DNA from: a virus
Virus record (IMG/VR): IMGVR_UViG_3300032285_001316
Coordinates: 29,152 to 93,151 of that record
Strand: one strand, 5' to 3'
DNA: 64,000 nt
Both the position numbers and the translations under genes were made by a program. The notes below the pieces were generated by a model. It was not told where the DNA came from. It saw nothing but the letters and a program-made list of their open reading frames with translations, and made no database searches. This document shows positions 27,958-36,489 of this stretch, piece after piece (position 1 is the stretch's first letter; each line of letters opens with the position of its first letter).

Positions 27958-28004
27958 TAGCTGGGCGGCGGTTTTTCCTCCTTTCTTCCGCCGCCTAGCC
28001 TTTT
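27958..28004 (+). ncRNA. Candidate small RNA hairpin with anti-Shine-Dalgarno loop
   Basis: 12-bp stem GCUGGGCGGCGG/CCGCCGCCUAGC, loop UUUUUCCUCCUUUCUU, U-tail, upstream promoter. Confidence 0.55.
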
Positions 28005-28080
28005 CTCAGTTTTTTTAGGCAATGCCTTCTGAGGTTGTTCTCTACACTTAAAAATAGAGATTACAACCCTAGGAGATATC

Positions 28081-29244
28081 TTGACTATTTACGACTTCCC
28101 ACCCATGACATGGAGCGACTTCCTCGCTATCCCAGATGGTGAGACTGTCCACAACTACGGCGCGCAGGAATGTGTCGCTCTTGCAAACCTGTACGCAACA
28201 TCCGTACTTGGCTGCAACCTCCGCACTGTAAACATCGGTTCTGCCGAAGAGTGGTGGACCACTGACGCGATCCTCGATGCATGGGGCTTTGACCGTGTTA
28301 CCGAAAACCCACAGGTTGGTGACATCTTCATTGGTTCGTTCGGTCTGTATGACAGCCAGTTCGGTCACATCGGTGTTGTTGTCCGTGCATGGGATGGCTC
28401 GACCTTCGGAACCATGGAGCAGAACGTAGGCCGTGAGGTTGTCTCACGTCACGACCGCACCATGCGTAACATTGACGGATTCCTGCGTACCCGCAACCAG
28501 GCTGCTATTGGTGGGGGCGCTCCTACACCTGCCCCTGCAGCTAACCTCGCTCCTACACAGCGTCAGGCTGGCCCTCTCGGTGTATTCCGTCGTGCAGAGC
28601 CTAATCAGTCGTCAGAGCACCTTGACGGTGACCTCGAGGCTGGCGAAGTTGGTAACTTCGTAGGCTATGTCCACGGTGAAGACCGTGGCGGAAACGACAT
28701 CTGGTTCCAGGGTGTATCGGGCAACTACTTCTGGTCAGGTGCCTTCACAGACTCAGGAACACACGATTTGCCTGATCTGAACGCTCCTGCAGCTCCTGCA
28801 CCTGCTCCCGAGCCAGCACCAGTGGCTGACCCAGCTCCAGCAGCACCCGTTGCTGATCCAGCTCCCGTAGAGCCTGCGCTTGTAAATGTAGACCCTACTC
28901 CCCTCCCCTCCGTAACCCCCACCTCAACAACGTCTGACGTTGTTGCCCCAGTAAAGGAAGCCCCCGTGCCACTCACCGCTGAAGAAATTGCAAAGCAAAC
29001 CGCTTCGATCGAGGCTCTTCCCGAGCCAGACCTCGGTGCGATCATCCCTACCGCTAAGGGTCGCAAGGTTGCTTACGCACTGTACGCAGGTGTTTCACTT
29101 GTCGTAGCTAACACCGCAGTAGCATTCGCCGCACTCCAGACGGCATTCCCCGCATGGTTGGTAGTTGCCCTTGCCGTAGTTGGCAACCTGGCCACACCAT
29201 TCAGCGCGATTGCTATCGCCAACGCGAAGAACGCATCTAAGTAA
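28081..29244 (+). CDS. Endolysin: CHAP domain, SH3-like segment, Pro/Ala linker, C-terminal TM helices
   Basis: YGAQECVAL...VGDI...FGHIGVV...MEQN; TTG start after AGGAG. Confidence 0.82.
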   Translation: MTIYDFPPMTWSDFLAIPDGETVHNYGAQECVALANLYATSVLGCNLRTVNIGSAEEWWTTDAILDAWGFDRVTENPQVGDIFIGSFGLYDSQFGHIGVVVRAWDGSTFGTMEQNVGREVVSRHDRTMRNIDGFLRTRNQAAIGGGAPTPAPAANLAPTQRQAGPLGVFRRAEPNQSSEHLDGDLEAGEVGNFVGYVHGEDRGGNDIWFQGVSGNYFWSGAFTDSGTHDLPDLNAPAAPAPAPEPAPVADPAPAAPVADPAPVEPALVNVDPTPLPSVTPTSTTSDVVAPVKEAPVPLTAEEIAKQTASIEALPEPDLGAIIPTAKGRKVAYALYAGVSLVVANTAVAFAALQTAFPAWLVVALAVVGNLATPFSAIAIANAKNASK

Positions 29245-29258
29245 CACCCGACAAGGAA

Positions 29259-29299
29259 TTTCCCCCAGTAGCTGAAAAGTTATTGGGGGATTTTTCTTT
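29259..29299 (+). terminator. Intrinsic terminator
   Basis: TCCCCCAGTAGC...GTTATTGGGGGA followed by T-run. Confidence 0.7.
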
Positions 29300-29418
29300 G
29301 TTAGTAGAAGGGTCCTTTGCTCCTAAGTTGTAGACTGGAAATCCTTCAAGCCGCTCCTTGCCTTTCGAGATGTGGGGCGGCATTTTTCACCCCTAATTAC
29401 AAACGAAAAGAGACCGCC

Positions 29419-30396
29419 ATGGGCATTCTAGGAACGGGCATTCAAGAGGGAATTCTCCTCAAGCCAATCAAATATCAGTGGGCAATGGACCTTTATGACC
29501 AGGCGGTAGCAAATACCTGGTTCCCTAATGAAATTCAACTGGGTGAAGATATTGCAGACTTCAAAAAGATGTCTGAGGATGAGCAGCATGCCATCACCTT
29601 CCTGCTGTCATTCTTTAACCCCTCTGAGCTCATTGTAAACAAGGCCCTAGCATTTGGCGTGTACCCCTATCTAAACGCGCCAGAAGCCCATTTATACCTT
29701 GCTAAGCAGATGTGGGAGGAAGCCAACCACTGCATGAGCTTTGAGTACGTTCTGGAGACTTTCCCCGTGGATCGTGCCAAGATCTATGACCAGCACGTAT
29801 CTGTACCCTCTATCAAGGCCAAGGAGGACTTTGAGGTCAAGTTCATTAAGCGAATGACCGAGCAGACTCTCGACATCACTACTGTAGAGGGCAAGCAGGA
29901 CTTCGTACGCAACCTGGTGGCCTACTCGGTCATTATGGAAGGCATCTGGTTCTACAGCGGCTTTATGACCGCTTTGTCGTTCCGTCAGCGTAACCTACTT
30001 CGTAACTTTGCCTCGTTGATCGACTGGGTAGTGCGCGACGAAAGCCTCCACCTCAAGTTCGGCATTAATCTCATTGTGACCGTACTGGAAGAGAACCCAG
30101 AGATTGTTACTGAGGAGTTTGCCGCTGAGATCCGCAAGATGATTCTGGATGCTGTAGACATGGAAATCGCGTACAACCAGGACCAGTTCCCCAACGGTAT
30201 CCTCGGTCTAAACGCTAAGTACGTAGCTCAGTACACGCAGTACCTGGCAGATCGTCGCCTGGAAGAACTTGGGTTTGCTCCTGAGTACAACGTGGCTAAC
30301 CCAGCCCAGTGGATGGCCACAGCTAACGATACTCTGCAGCTCGTGAACTTCTTTGAGTCCACCAACACTTCGTACGAAAGTAACGGAGCAAAGTAG
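29419..30396 (+). CDS. nrdB: Ribonucleotide reductase beta subunit, class Ic (R2c) signature
   Basis: W.P.E, FFNPSE, EEANHCMSF, MEGIWFYSGF, RDESLH, NFFE...Y. Confidence 0.9.
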   Translation: MGILGTGIQEGILLKPIKYQWAMDLYDQAVANTWFPNEIQLGEDIADFKKMSEDEQHAITFLLSFFNPSELIVNKALAFGVYPYLNAPEAHLYLAKQMWEEANHCMSFEYVLETFPVDRAKIYDQHVSVPSIKAKEDFEVKFIKRMTEQTLDITTVEGKQDFVRNLVAYSVIMEGIWFYSGFMTALSFRQRNLLRNFASLIDWVVRDESLHLKFGINLIVTVLEENPEIVTEEFAAEIRKMILDAVDMEIAYNQDQFPNGILGLNAKYVAQYTQYLADRRLEELGFAPEYNVANPAQWMATANDTLQLVNFFESTNTSYESNGAK

Positions 30397-30411
30397 TCTG
30401 CTACACTAATC

Positions 30412-30566
30412 ACGAAAGCTAACACAGGCTGTTAGCCGTAGGACTCTCCTTAACGGGAGGTGCCCTAGCTGGGCCTCACGAGTGTGCCCCTCCAAAACAG
30501 TTGTATGCCATAACCCCCGCCGTTGACCTCCCTACTATCTGGGAATGCCGATGACGGGGGTTTTGT
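30412..30566 (+). ncRNA. Candidate structured ncRNA 1
   Basis: TGCTACACT extended -10, serial hairpins, terminal AACCCCCG/CGGGGGTT stem plus T-run; no ORF. Confidence 0.45.
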
Positions 30567-30581
30567 GCTAATATCTCTACT

Positions 30582-30735
30582 ACGAGACTGAGCCTCTGTT
30601 GGACAAGTTACTGCAGTAACCCCATCACGCAAATGAGCTTAGCTAGCTCCCCCAGGTATCAGGGCGGTCATATTTGAGGCGGTACCGCCGCACACCCCCA
30701 TCACTAAGCGCTCTACAGTTGGTGGGGGTTTTGTG
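30582..30735 (+). ncRNA. Candidate structured ncRNA 2
   Basis: TGCTAATAT extended -10, hairpins GTTAC/GTAAC, GAGCT/AGCTC, GGCGG/CCGCC, terminal ACCCCCATCA/TGGTGGGGGT stem plus T-run. Confidence 0.45.
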
Positions 30736-30743
30736 TTTACAAA

Positions 30744-30772
30744 AAGCCCCCCAGTAGTTAGCTGGGGGGCTT
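30744..30772. terminator. Bidirectional terminator
   Basis: AAGCCCCCCAG...CTGGGGGGCTT. Confidence 0.75.
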
Positions 30773-30785
30773 CTTATTGGCTGTC

Positions 30786-31295
30786 TTAAGACAGCCGAAT
30801 GATCACTGCATAGTGGGATGGGGAACCATCTGTTGATGTCTCAACAGTGCGTCCTTCAAACCCCCCCTGAACAGCAACACCATTGCCAGCGTAAATGGCC
30901 ACATGGCCCCAACGCATCATGATGTCTCCTGGCTTGGCATCAGCCGCTGTTACTCGTGTACCGTATCCCCCGAAGTCCATAGGACCGAGGTCTCCAACGC
31001 TAAAGCCGATAGATCGTAGGGATTTCTCAACTAGAGCGGTGCAGTCTTGACGTACACCGAGTTGTGATCGTGCAGCGGCAAGTAGCGCCAACCCAGCATC
31101 ATAAGCTGGGGCTGCGGGTGCGGGAGCAATAACTACTTCAGGTACAACAGTTTCCTGTGTAACTGGAGCGTTGCTCGCTTCGATGATTTCTTCTCCGTGA
31201 GCAGGAGCCGCATTTGCGAGCGTAGCTGCTACTAGAAGAACGGAAGCCACCAAACTAGTGGTGGCTACTTTTGTTACTGTGATTAGCTTCTGCAC
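30786..31295 (-). CDS. Secreted NlpC/P60 peptidoglycan endopeptidase
   Basis: Signal peptide; QDCT...PGDI...GHVAIYAGNG. Confidence 0.85.
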   Translation of the reverse strand: MQKLITVTKVATTSLVASVLLVAATLANAAPAHGEEIIEASNAPVTQETVVPEVVIAPAPAAPAYDAGLALLAAARSQLGVRQDCTALVEKSLRSIGFSVGDLGPMDFGGYGTRVTAADAKPGDIMMRWGHVAIYAGNGVAVQGGFEGRTVETSTDGSPSHYAVIIRLS

Positions 31296-31403
31296 CTGGG
31301 TTCACGTCCTTTCAGCCCGTGGGTATTTCCCGTGGCTTGTTCTAGTGACTTGCGTGTGAAGTTGTCTGAATAGACTAGCACACGTTTTGGTGCTGTTAAC
31401 CTG

Positions 31404-31775
31404 CTAGCAACCTCCCACCCCAACAATGGGACATATCCACTGAGGGTTAACTGTGCTTGTAGGTGTGGGTGTTGGCGTGGGTACAGGGGTTGCACTTGGG
31501 AGGGGGACTTGTGTGGGAGAAGGGGTCGGAGTAGGCGTTGCGACTATAGCGGGAGCCTGAGGAACTACTGGGGGCGCGGGAGCTACAGGAGCTACCTGTG
31601 CTGGTGCTGCGGGAATCAGGGGTTGTCCTACAGGGGCACTGACAACTGTTATGTTTAGGGATTTTATGAGGCTCTCCATTGAACTCATTCCCAAAGGGTA
31701 CGCCCAGCTTATTACCCATAGAAAAAAGGGTATAAATAAGACGCTAAGTAAAAAGTTAAGTAATAACTTAATCAT
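31404..31775 (-). CDS. Membrane-anchored Pro/Thr-rich protein
   Basis: N-terminal TM helix and PTPTP repeats. Confidence 0.5.
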   Translation of the reverse strand: MIKLLLNFLLSVLFIPFFLWVISWAYPLGMSSMESLIKSLNITVVSAPVGQPLIPAAPAQVAPVAPAPPVVPQAPAIVATPTPTPSPTQVPLPSATPVPTPTPTPTSTVNPQWICPIVGVGGC

Positions 31776-31827
31776 GTTGAACACAGTACCCCTGTGTGTT
31801 AGAGTAGTCAAGCCCCCAGAGGGCAAT

Positions 31828-31904
31828 GCCCCCTTAACTCAGTTGGTCAGAGTGCGATACTTGTAATATCGAAGTCAGGCGTTCGAACCGCCTAGGGGGC
31901 CCCA
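31828..31904 (+). tRNA. tRNA-Thr(UGU) with encoded CCA
   Basis: GCCCCCT/AGGGGGC acceptor stem, D arm, CGATA-CTTGTAA-TATCG anticodon arm, TTCGAAC T loop. Confidence 0.93.
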
Positions 31905-31940
31905 TTTGTCCACATTAATGCTAGCTGCTATACTTTTTAC

Positions 31941-32399
31941 ATGAAACTTTGTCATGTATGTAAAGAAGGCCCAGTAGTTAATTCTGGAAAGTGTCGCCCA
32001 TGCTACAACGCCTACATGCTTACGTACACTACTGCACGATATCACCGTCGCCGCAAGGAAGCAATTGAAAAGCTGGGCGGAGCGTGTGTTGTTTGCGGTG
32101 CTGTTGACGGGCTAGAGTTTGACCACAAAGACTCTAAAGATAAGGCTTTGGAAATCAGTAAGGTTCTGACTCACTCTTGGGCAAAGATCGACACGGAACT
32201 GTCTAAGTGCCAGCTACTATGCAATAGCTGCCACGTAGAAAAGAGTTTCCGAGAAGGAGACATTGAGTCTGTAGAGCATGGCGGTGGAAAAACAGGTAAA
32301 CGAAATTGTCGTTGCGAACTTTGCAAGCCACTAAAGAACGCTTACATGCGAGAACTTAAAAATAAACGACGCACAGCCCTAGAACTACAGAAAGAGTAA
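31941..32399 (+). CDS. HNH endonuclease
   Basis: CVVC...LEFDH...CQLLC..CH. Confidence 0.85.
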   Translation: MKLCHVCKEGPVVNSGKCRPCYNAYMLTYTTARYHRRRKEAIEKLGGACVVCGAVDGLEFDHKDSKDKALEISKVLTHSWAKIDTELSKCQLLCNSCHVEKSFREGDIESVEHGGGKTGKRNCRCELCKPLKNAYMRELKNKRRTALELQKE

Positions 32400-32401
32400 A
32401 A

Positions 32402-32710
32402 ATGATCAAGCACATCACGCAAGATGAATACGCAGAGGCTACAGGCAGCGGTCTGAAGCTTGTTAAGTTCTGGGCACCATGGTGCACGTCCTGTGTAGCT
32501 ATTGAGCCTGTCCTTCAGCAGGTACAGGAACAGATCCCCAGCGTAGACGTTCTTAAGATTAACGTAGAGGATGCCGTGGAGTTCTGCATGGGTCTGGGCG
32601 TCTCTGGGCTTCCTGCTTTGCACCTTTACAAGGATGGCGAAGTAGTTTGGAAAGAAAAGGGCGCTAAGCCTTTCGGCTATTTGGTAGAGAAGATCTCACC
32701 GTTCGTCTAA
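32402..32710 (+). CDS. Thioredoxin
   Basis: KFWAPWCTSC and GLP cis-Pro motif. Confidence 0.88.
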   Translation: MIKHITQDEYAEATGSGLKLVKFWAPWCTSCVAIEPVLQQVQEQIPSVDVLKINVEDAVEFCMGLGVSGLPALHLYKDGEVVWKEKGAKPFGYLVEKISPFV

Positions 32711-32757
32711 AACGGTTTAGGGGGTTGGCGAGTACGTCAGCCCCCTATACTTTTTAG

Positions 32758-33231
32758 ATGAGTAGAAACAACGAGTTCGAGACACAGCGTGCGCTACACA
32801 AGCGCAACGACACTGTCGTATTCGATCTCGACGGCACTATTGCCGATACCATGACTTACGAAAAGCACCACAAGGCTAAAAAGGGCAAGAACGAAGACTT
32901 TGCCAAGGAAGCTCTTGATGTAGGTGTCAATGACGACATCCTAAAAAAAATGAAAAAGGCCGCTGATCAGGGAAAAAACGTTGTTATCCTGACTGCTCGC
33001 TCTGCTCACTACCGCGATGAAACCAAGAAGTGGCTTCATGAGAACGGTGTTCCTCACGACGCTTTGGTTATGCGTCCTACCGATAACACAGACAAAGACG
33101 CCAAAGTAAAGCGCAATTTGCTTGAGGAAAACATCCTTCCAGAGTTCGATGTCAAGAAAGCATACGACGATAGGGCAAAAAATCGTCGAATGTTTGAGAA
33201 ACTTGGTATTAACGCTAAAGGAGTAAAGTAA
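32758..33231 (+). CDS. HAD phosphatase (PNKP 3'-phosphatase-like)
   Basis: FDLDGT, LTAR, LVMRP...D..VK, YDDR. Confidence 0.85.
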   Translation: MSRNNEFETQRALHKRNDTVVFDLDGTIADTMTYEKHHKAKKGKNEDFAKEALDVGVNDDILKKMKKAADQGKNVVILTARSAHYRDETKKWLHENGVPHDALVMRPTDNTDKDAKVKRNLLEENILPEFDVKKAYDDRAKNRRMFEKLGINAKGVK

Positions 33232-33413
33232 TGTGCGCAGGTTGTGGTAGCAGCGGTCAGTTCACTGACAATAATGGCGCACAGTCTGACACAGGCTCAG
33301 TAGCGGAAAACTCTAAGTACACTGGCGCTAGTTCTACTGACGAGAAGTTTGAGGGACAACACCCTGGCAGCGAGGCTAACCCCCGCATTGGAAATGTAGG
33401 TTGGGGTAACTAG
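33231..33413 (+). CDS. Small hypothetical protein
   Basis: Coupled ORF. Confidence 0.5.
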   Translation: MCAGCGSSGQFTDNNGAQSDTGSVAENSKYTGASSTDEKFEGQHPGSEANPRIGNVGWGN

Positions 33414-33736
33414 TGAAGCAGCAGAGAAAGCTTAAAGATCAAACTACTGGCATGTTTGCTGGTCCTCGCGGATCTATCGGGCAGTACGACACCGAGAACG
33501 CAGCAGAAACATCGGGAACCACATACGGTGGTCAGGGCCTAGGTTGGTTCTGGCAAGGATATCCAGCAGTAATCGGTGGACTTACTGAGTACGACCCTCG
33601 GGCTTTACAGCCAGGGTCTAACCTCAATGCAGCTCAGTTTAACTCGGACACACTAGCTAAACGGGCTGGTTACGATGACAACGTTTCTACTGGCGCTAGC
33701 GTGGGCGGCACAGCCCCGTACATGGGAGCAATCTAA
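33413..33736 (+). CDS. Gly-rich hypothetical protein (LNAAQF)
   Basis: Coupled ORF. Confidence 0.55.
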   Translation: MKQQRKLKDQTTGMFAGPRGSIGQYDTENAAETSGTTYGGQGLGWFWQGYPAVIGGLTEYDPRALQPGSNLNAAQFNSDTLAKRAGYDDNVSTGASVGGTAPYMGAI

Positions 33737-33984
33737 TGGCATTTGCAGCACTTATTCCCGAGTTGCTTGCTGGCGGAGAGGCCGCTGGAGCAGGCGCAGG
33801 ACTCTTCGGTGGTAGAGTGGCCGCTGGTGGACTTTTCGGATCCACCGAAGCCGAGGCAGCAGGAAACATTGCCTCTATGGCCCCTAGTGGACGACGTGTA
33901 AACGGAAACGTAAGTTCACAGCAGCAGTCAATTGCTTCTCCTGTGTACCACCCAGAAACTACGGCTGAGGAAATCCACGGATGA
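33736..33984 (+). CDS. Gly/Ala-rich hypothetical protein
   Basis: Coupled ORF. Confidence 0.5.
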   Translation: MAFAALIPELLAGGEAAGAGAGLFGGRVAAGGLFGSTEAEAAGNIASMAPSGRRVNGNVSSQQQSIASPVYHPETTAEEIHG

Positions 33985-34172
33985 TCCCCCGTAAACCACT
34001 GCGACCCAACAACAGTCGCAAGTCTTTGAAGCAGCTCTTTAACTCAGCAGCTGCCCCTGCACCATTTGTGAAGTCTATTGAAGAACCATCTATCGCAACA
34101 TACGCTGGACCAGGCCGTCAAAACGGCGAGGGCTTTGGGGGCGGCAACCGAGTAACGAGGCGTCAGCGATGA
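33981..34172 (+). CDS. Small basic hypothetical protein
   Basis: ATGA overlap. Confidence 0.5.
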   Translation: MIPRKPLRPNNSRKSLKQLFNSAAAPAPFVKSIEEPSIATYAGPGRQNGEGFGGGNRVTRRQR

Positions 34173-34540
34173 CCATTCAAGACGTTCTCTATTGGGCTGC
34201 TGCCATTATCGCGATTGGCGGTGCGGGTACAGTGGTGTGGAAAATTACTAAGCCCCTGGTTGTTCAGACCAAGAAACTACTTCACTCTCTCGACAAGTTT
34301 ACTGAAGACTGGTTTGGCACAGAGGCGGGACCTGGTAGGGACGCTGTTCCAGGAGTAATGGCTCGACTCAACAACATTGACGGTGAACTCAAGCACAACG
34401 GCGGGTCTACAATGAAAGATGCGGTTAAGCGCATTGAGGAACGCCTGACTACTATCGACGGTAGACTTGAAGAAGGAAACGCTCGTTTTGACGAGTTTGA
34501 CAAGCGCCTTACAGAAGTTGAAAAAGGATCACAATCATAA
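34169..34540 (+). CDS. Membrane protein with TM and coiled coil (NGGS-MKD type)
   Basis: N-terminal TM; HNGGSTMKDAV motif common in actinophage lysis-associated membrane proteins. Confidence 0.65.
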   Translation: MTIQDVLYWAAAIIAIGGAGTVVWKITKPLVVQTKKLLHSLDKFTEDWFGTEAGPGRDAVPGVMARLNNIDGELKHNGGSTMKDAVKRIEERLTTIDGRLEEGNARFDEFDKRLTEVEKGSQS

Positions 34541-35166
34541 TGCCTGAAACAATGCAGTTTGGTTTGCCTATGGGGGAGTCAAAGGGTGGGCTAACAAACG
34601 CGATTAAGAATGCGATTGAAGCCAAAAAGAAAGCGGTGCTGAGTGGCCGTGCGCGGCTCGATGCGCAGATCAAAGAGCAGAACGCCAAGAGGGAAGCTGG
34701 TGGAGCAGAACAGATCGACGCGTCTACTGGGGCATCTTCTCACCCCGAAGACGCATACTCAGACTGGCTTCAGAAGCGTGACATCAAGAATAACGCACAG
34801 TTTGCAAAGCAACAAGAGCAGCAGCACTTGAACCTTCAGGCTGAAAAAATTGCTCGTGATAGAGGGTTCACTGAAGGACATCTGCAAGAGCTTGGATTTA
34901 AACCACATGAGTGGGGCAAGCTCGTGGATTTCTCTGATCGTGAGAATGCCAATATTGCTCGCGCTGCCTGGAGAAAACAATTAAAAGCGCGAGTTGCCGC
35001 ACCCACTTCTCCCAAAGCAGCAATGACTACGCCAGCGTCAAACGCTAGGCCCGTAAAACCTATACAAACTGTAAAGCCCGTGAATCTTCCTGAAGGACGG
35101 TTAAAGCAAAACACTGCACCAGGTGGAGGCCTGAACCCAAAGCAGTTTAAGGGCAAGATTCTTTAG
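34540..35166 (+). CDS. Hypothetical protein ending LNPKQFKGKIL
   Basis: Coupled ORF. Confidence 0.55.
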   Translation: MPETMQFGLPMGESKGGLTNAIKNAIEAKKKAVLSGRARLDAQIKEQNAKREAGGAEQIDASTGASSHPEDAYSDWLQKRDIKNNAQFAKQQEQQHLNLQAEKIARDRGFTEGHLQELGFKPHEWGKLVDFSDRENANIARAAWRKQLKARVAAPTSPKAAMTTPASNARPVKPIQTVKPVNLPEGRLKQNTAPGGGLNPKQFKGKIL

Positions 35167-35225
35167 TCCTGCTAAATATCTTAAAATAGGGCAGACTTTT
35201 TATAGAAACTTTAAGGAGTACCCCT

Positions 35226-35513
35226 ATGACTACATGTGCAAACTGCGGCTCAGTCGCTGAGTACAACTATCTCGGCACCAAGTACTGCAACACCCATCTT
35301 CCTCGTTTTCTCCGCAACAGAGATGGATCCATCTCGGCTGTAAAGCTTGCTGCTATTGAAATCCCCGAGATTAAGCCGCCTGTTGTTGAGGCACCTATAG
35401 TTGAAGAGGCTCCCGTTGAGGAAGCACCAAAACCATCCCCAAAGAAGCGCACTAAGGAAACGGATGAGACCGTAATCGAAGACGCTCCTGAGGAGGCTCC
35501 CGAGGGGGAGTAA
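35226..35513 (+). CDS. Zn-finger protein with acidic tail
   Basis: CANC...YC..H. Confidence 0.55.
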   Translation: MTTCANCGSVAEYNYLGTKYCNTHLPRFLRNRDGSISAVKLAAIEIPEIKPPVVEAPIVEEAPVEEAPKPSPKKRTKETDETVIEDAPEEAPEGE

Positions 35514-35753
35514 ATGCCTGTAATTAGAAAGTTTGCTGTACAAGGCCACGCAGTTCCTTCTGGCCCATATGGCGCACACGGACCCTTTCCACCTGAGATC
35601 TTCCAAAGTTCTCCTGTGGTATACGACGAAGAACACGGTGACTCTTTACATGAAGCTCTGGACAATGTTCGGATGTTCCGCTGTAAGGATTGTTATGAGA
35701 TTCTTTATGCAGACGAGCTTGATGAGCACATTTGCGAAGAGGATCTTTACTAG
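35514..35753 (+). CDS. Small Zn-finger protein
   Basis: CKDC...HIC. Confidence 0.55.
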   Translation: MPVIRKFAVQGHAVPSGPYGAHGPFPPEIFQSSPVVYDEEHGDSLHEALDNVRMFRCKDCYEILYADELDEHICEEDLY

Positions 35754-35810
35754 ATTTCCCGTTAGCGCAGCGGGGAAGTAAAACCCATCTCTAGAGAAAG
35801 ATAAAACATC

Positions 35811-36479
35811 ATGGCAACAAACCAAAACGGGCACCTGCTCGATTCACGTGGTAATGTCGTAGTTGACTTTGTGTGGGGTAACCTCCCCATTCAGCCAAAC
35901 GACGTTCGCCGCGACAACGGTGGTTCAAACCTTGACTACACCAAGGACAACCACGTAATCGTAGAAACCGCCTACAACGGCTACCCCCTCTATACCCCCA
36001 ACGATGACGGTGCCATCATCAGCGGAACTGCTTACGTTGTTGTTCCTAACGTGCTTGGCCAGCTGACTGCTGACGCTGTTGACACACTGACGGACTCCGA
36101 GTTCACCATCACTACCGCATCCGCAGCTACTAACGCTGCTGTACAACCTACTCGCGTAAACGTTACTGCTACAACTGCAGCTACAGTATACGTAGCAAGT
36201 GGTACGGGCGCATACCCAGTAGGTACAAAGGTAACCATCGCAAGTGGTACTGGAATTCCAACCGCAGTCGTTGGTACCTGGACTGTAACTGGCGGTAACG
36301 GAACCAACATTGTTATCTCGGGAACTGGCTGGACAGTTGCTGACTCTGGCTCGATTACTCCAGGCACCAAGCTCTCGGGTGCAGCTGGAACCATCAAGAC
36401 CCAGTCTATTGCTGCGGGTACTGACAGCGTTGCTGTTGGTGCTGCAATCACCGTCACCCCTTGGGCTGCAGCTTCCTAA
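35811..36479 (+). CDS. Probable virion structural/decoration protein with split PASTA-like motif
   Basis: VVPNVLG...A...L / GTIKTQS.AAG...GAAITV; Thr/Gly-rich. Confidence 0.55.
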   Translation: MATNQNGHLLDSRGNVVVDFVWGNLPIQPNDVRRDNGGSNLDYTKDNHVIVETAYNGYPLYTPNDDGAIISGTAYVVVPNVLGQLTADAVDTLTDSEFTITTASAATNAAVQPTRVNVTATTAATVYVASGTGAYPVGTKVTIASGTGIPTAVVGTWTVTGGNGTNIVISGTGWTVADSGSITPGTKLSGAAGTIKTQSIAAGTDSVAVGAAITVTPWAAAS

Positions 36480-36489
36480 GCTATAGCTA

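Noticed and set aside
30412-30560. Second hammerhead or twister ribozyme in ncRNA candidate 1 (CGAAA and CCGAUGA present)
   Set aside because: Core is CCGAUGA rather than CUGAUGA, and the stems do not arrange around a catalytic core
31296-31380. c-di-AMP (ydaO) riboswitch before NlpC/P60
   Set aside because: Leader is too short and lacks the conserved GCUGAA / GGGGA.CC / GUCAGCUAAC elements in order
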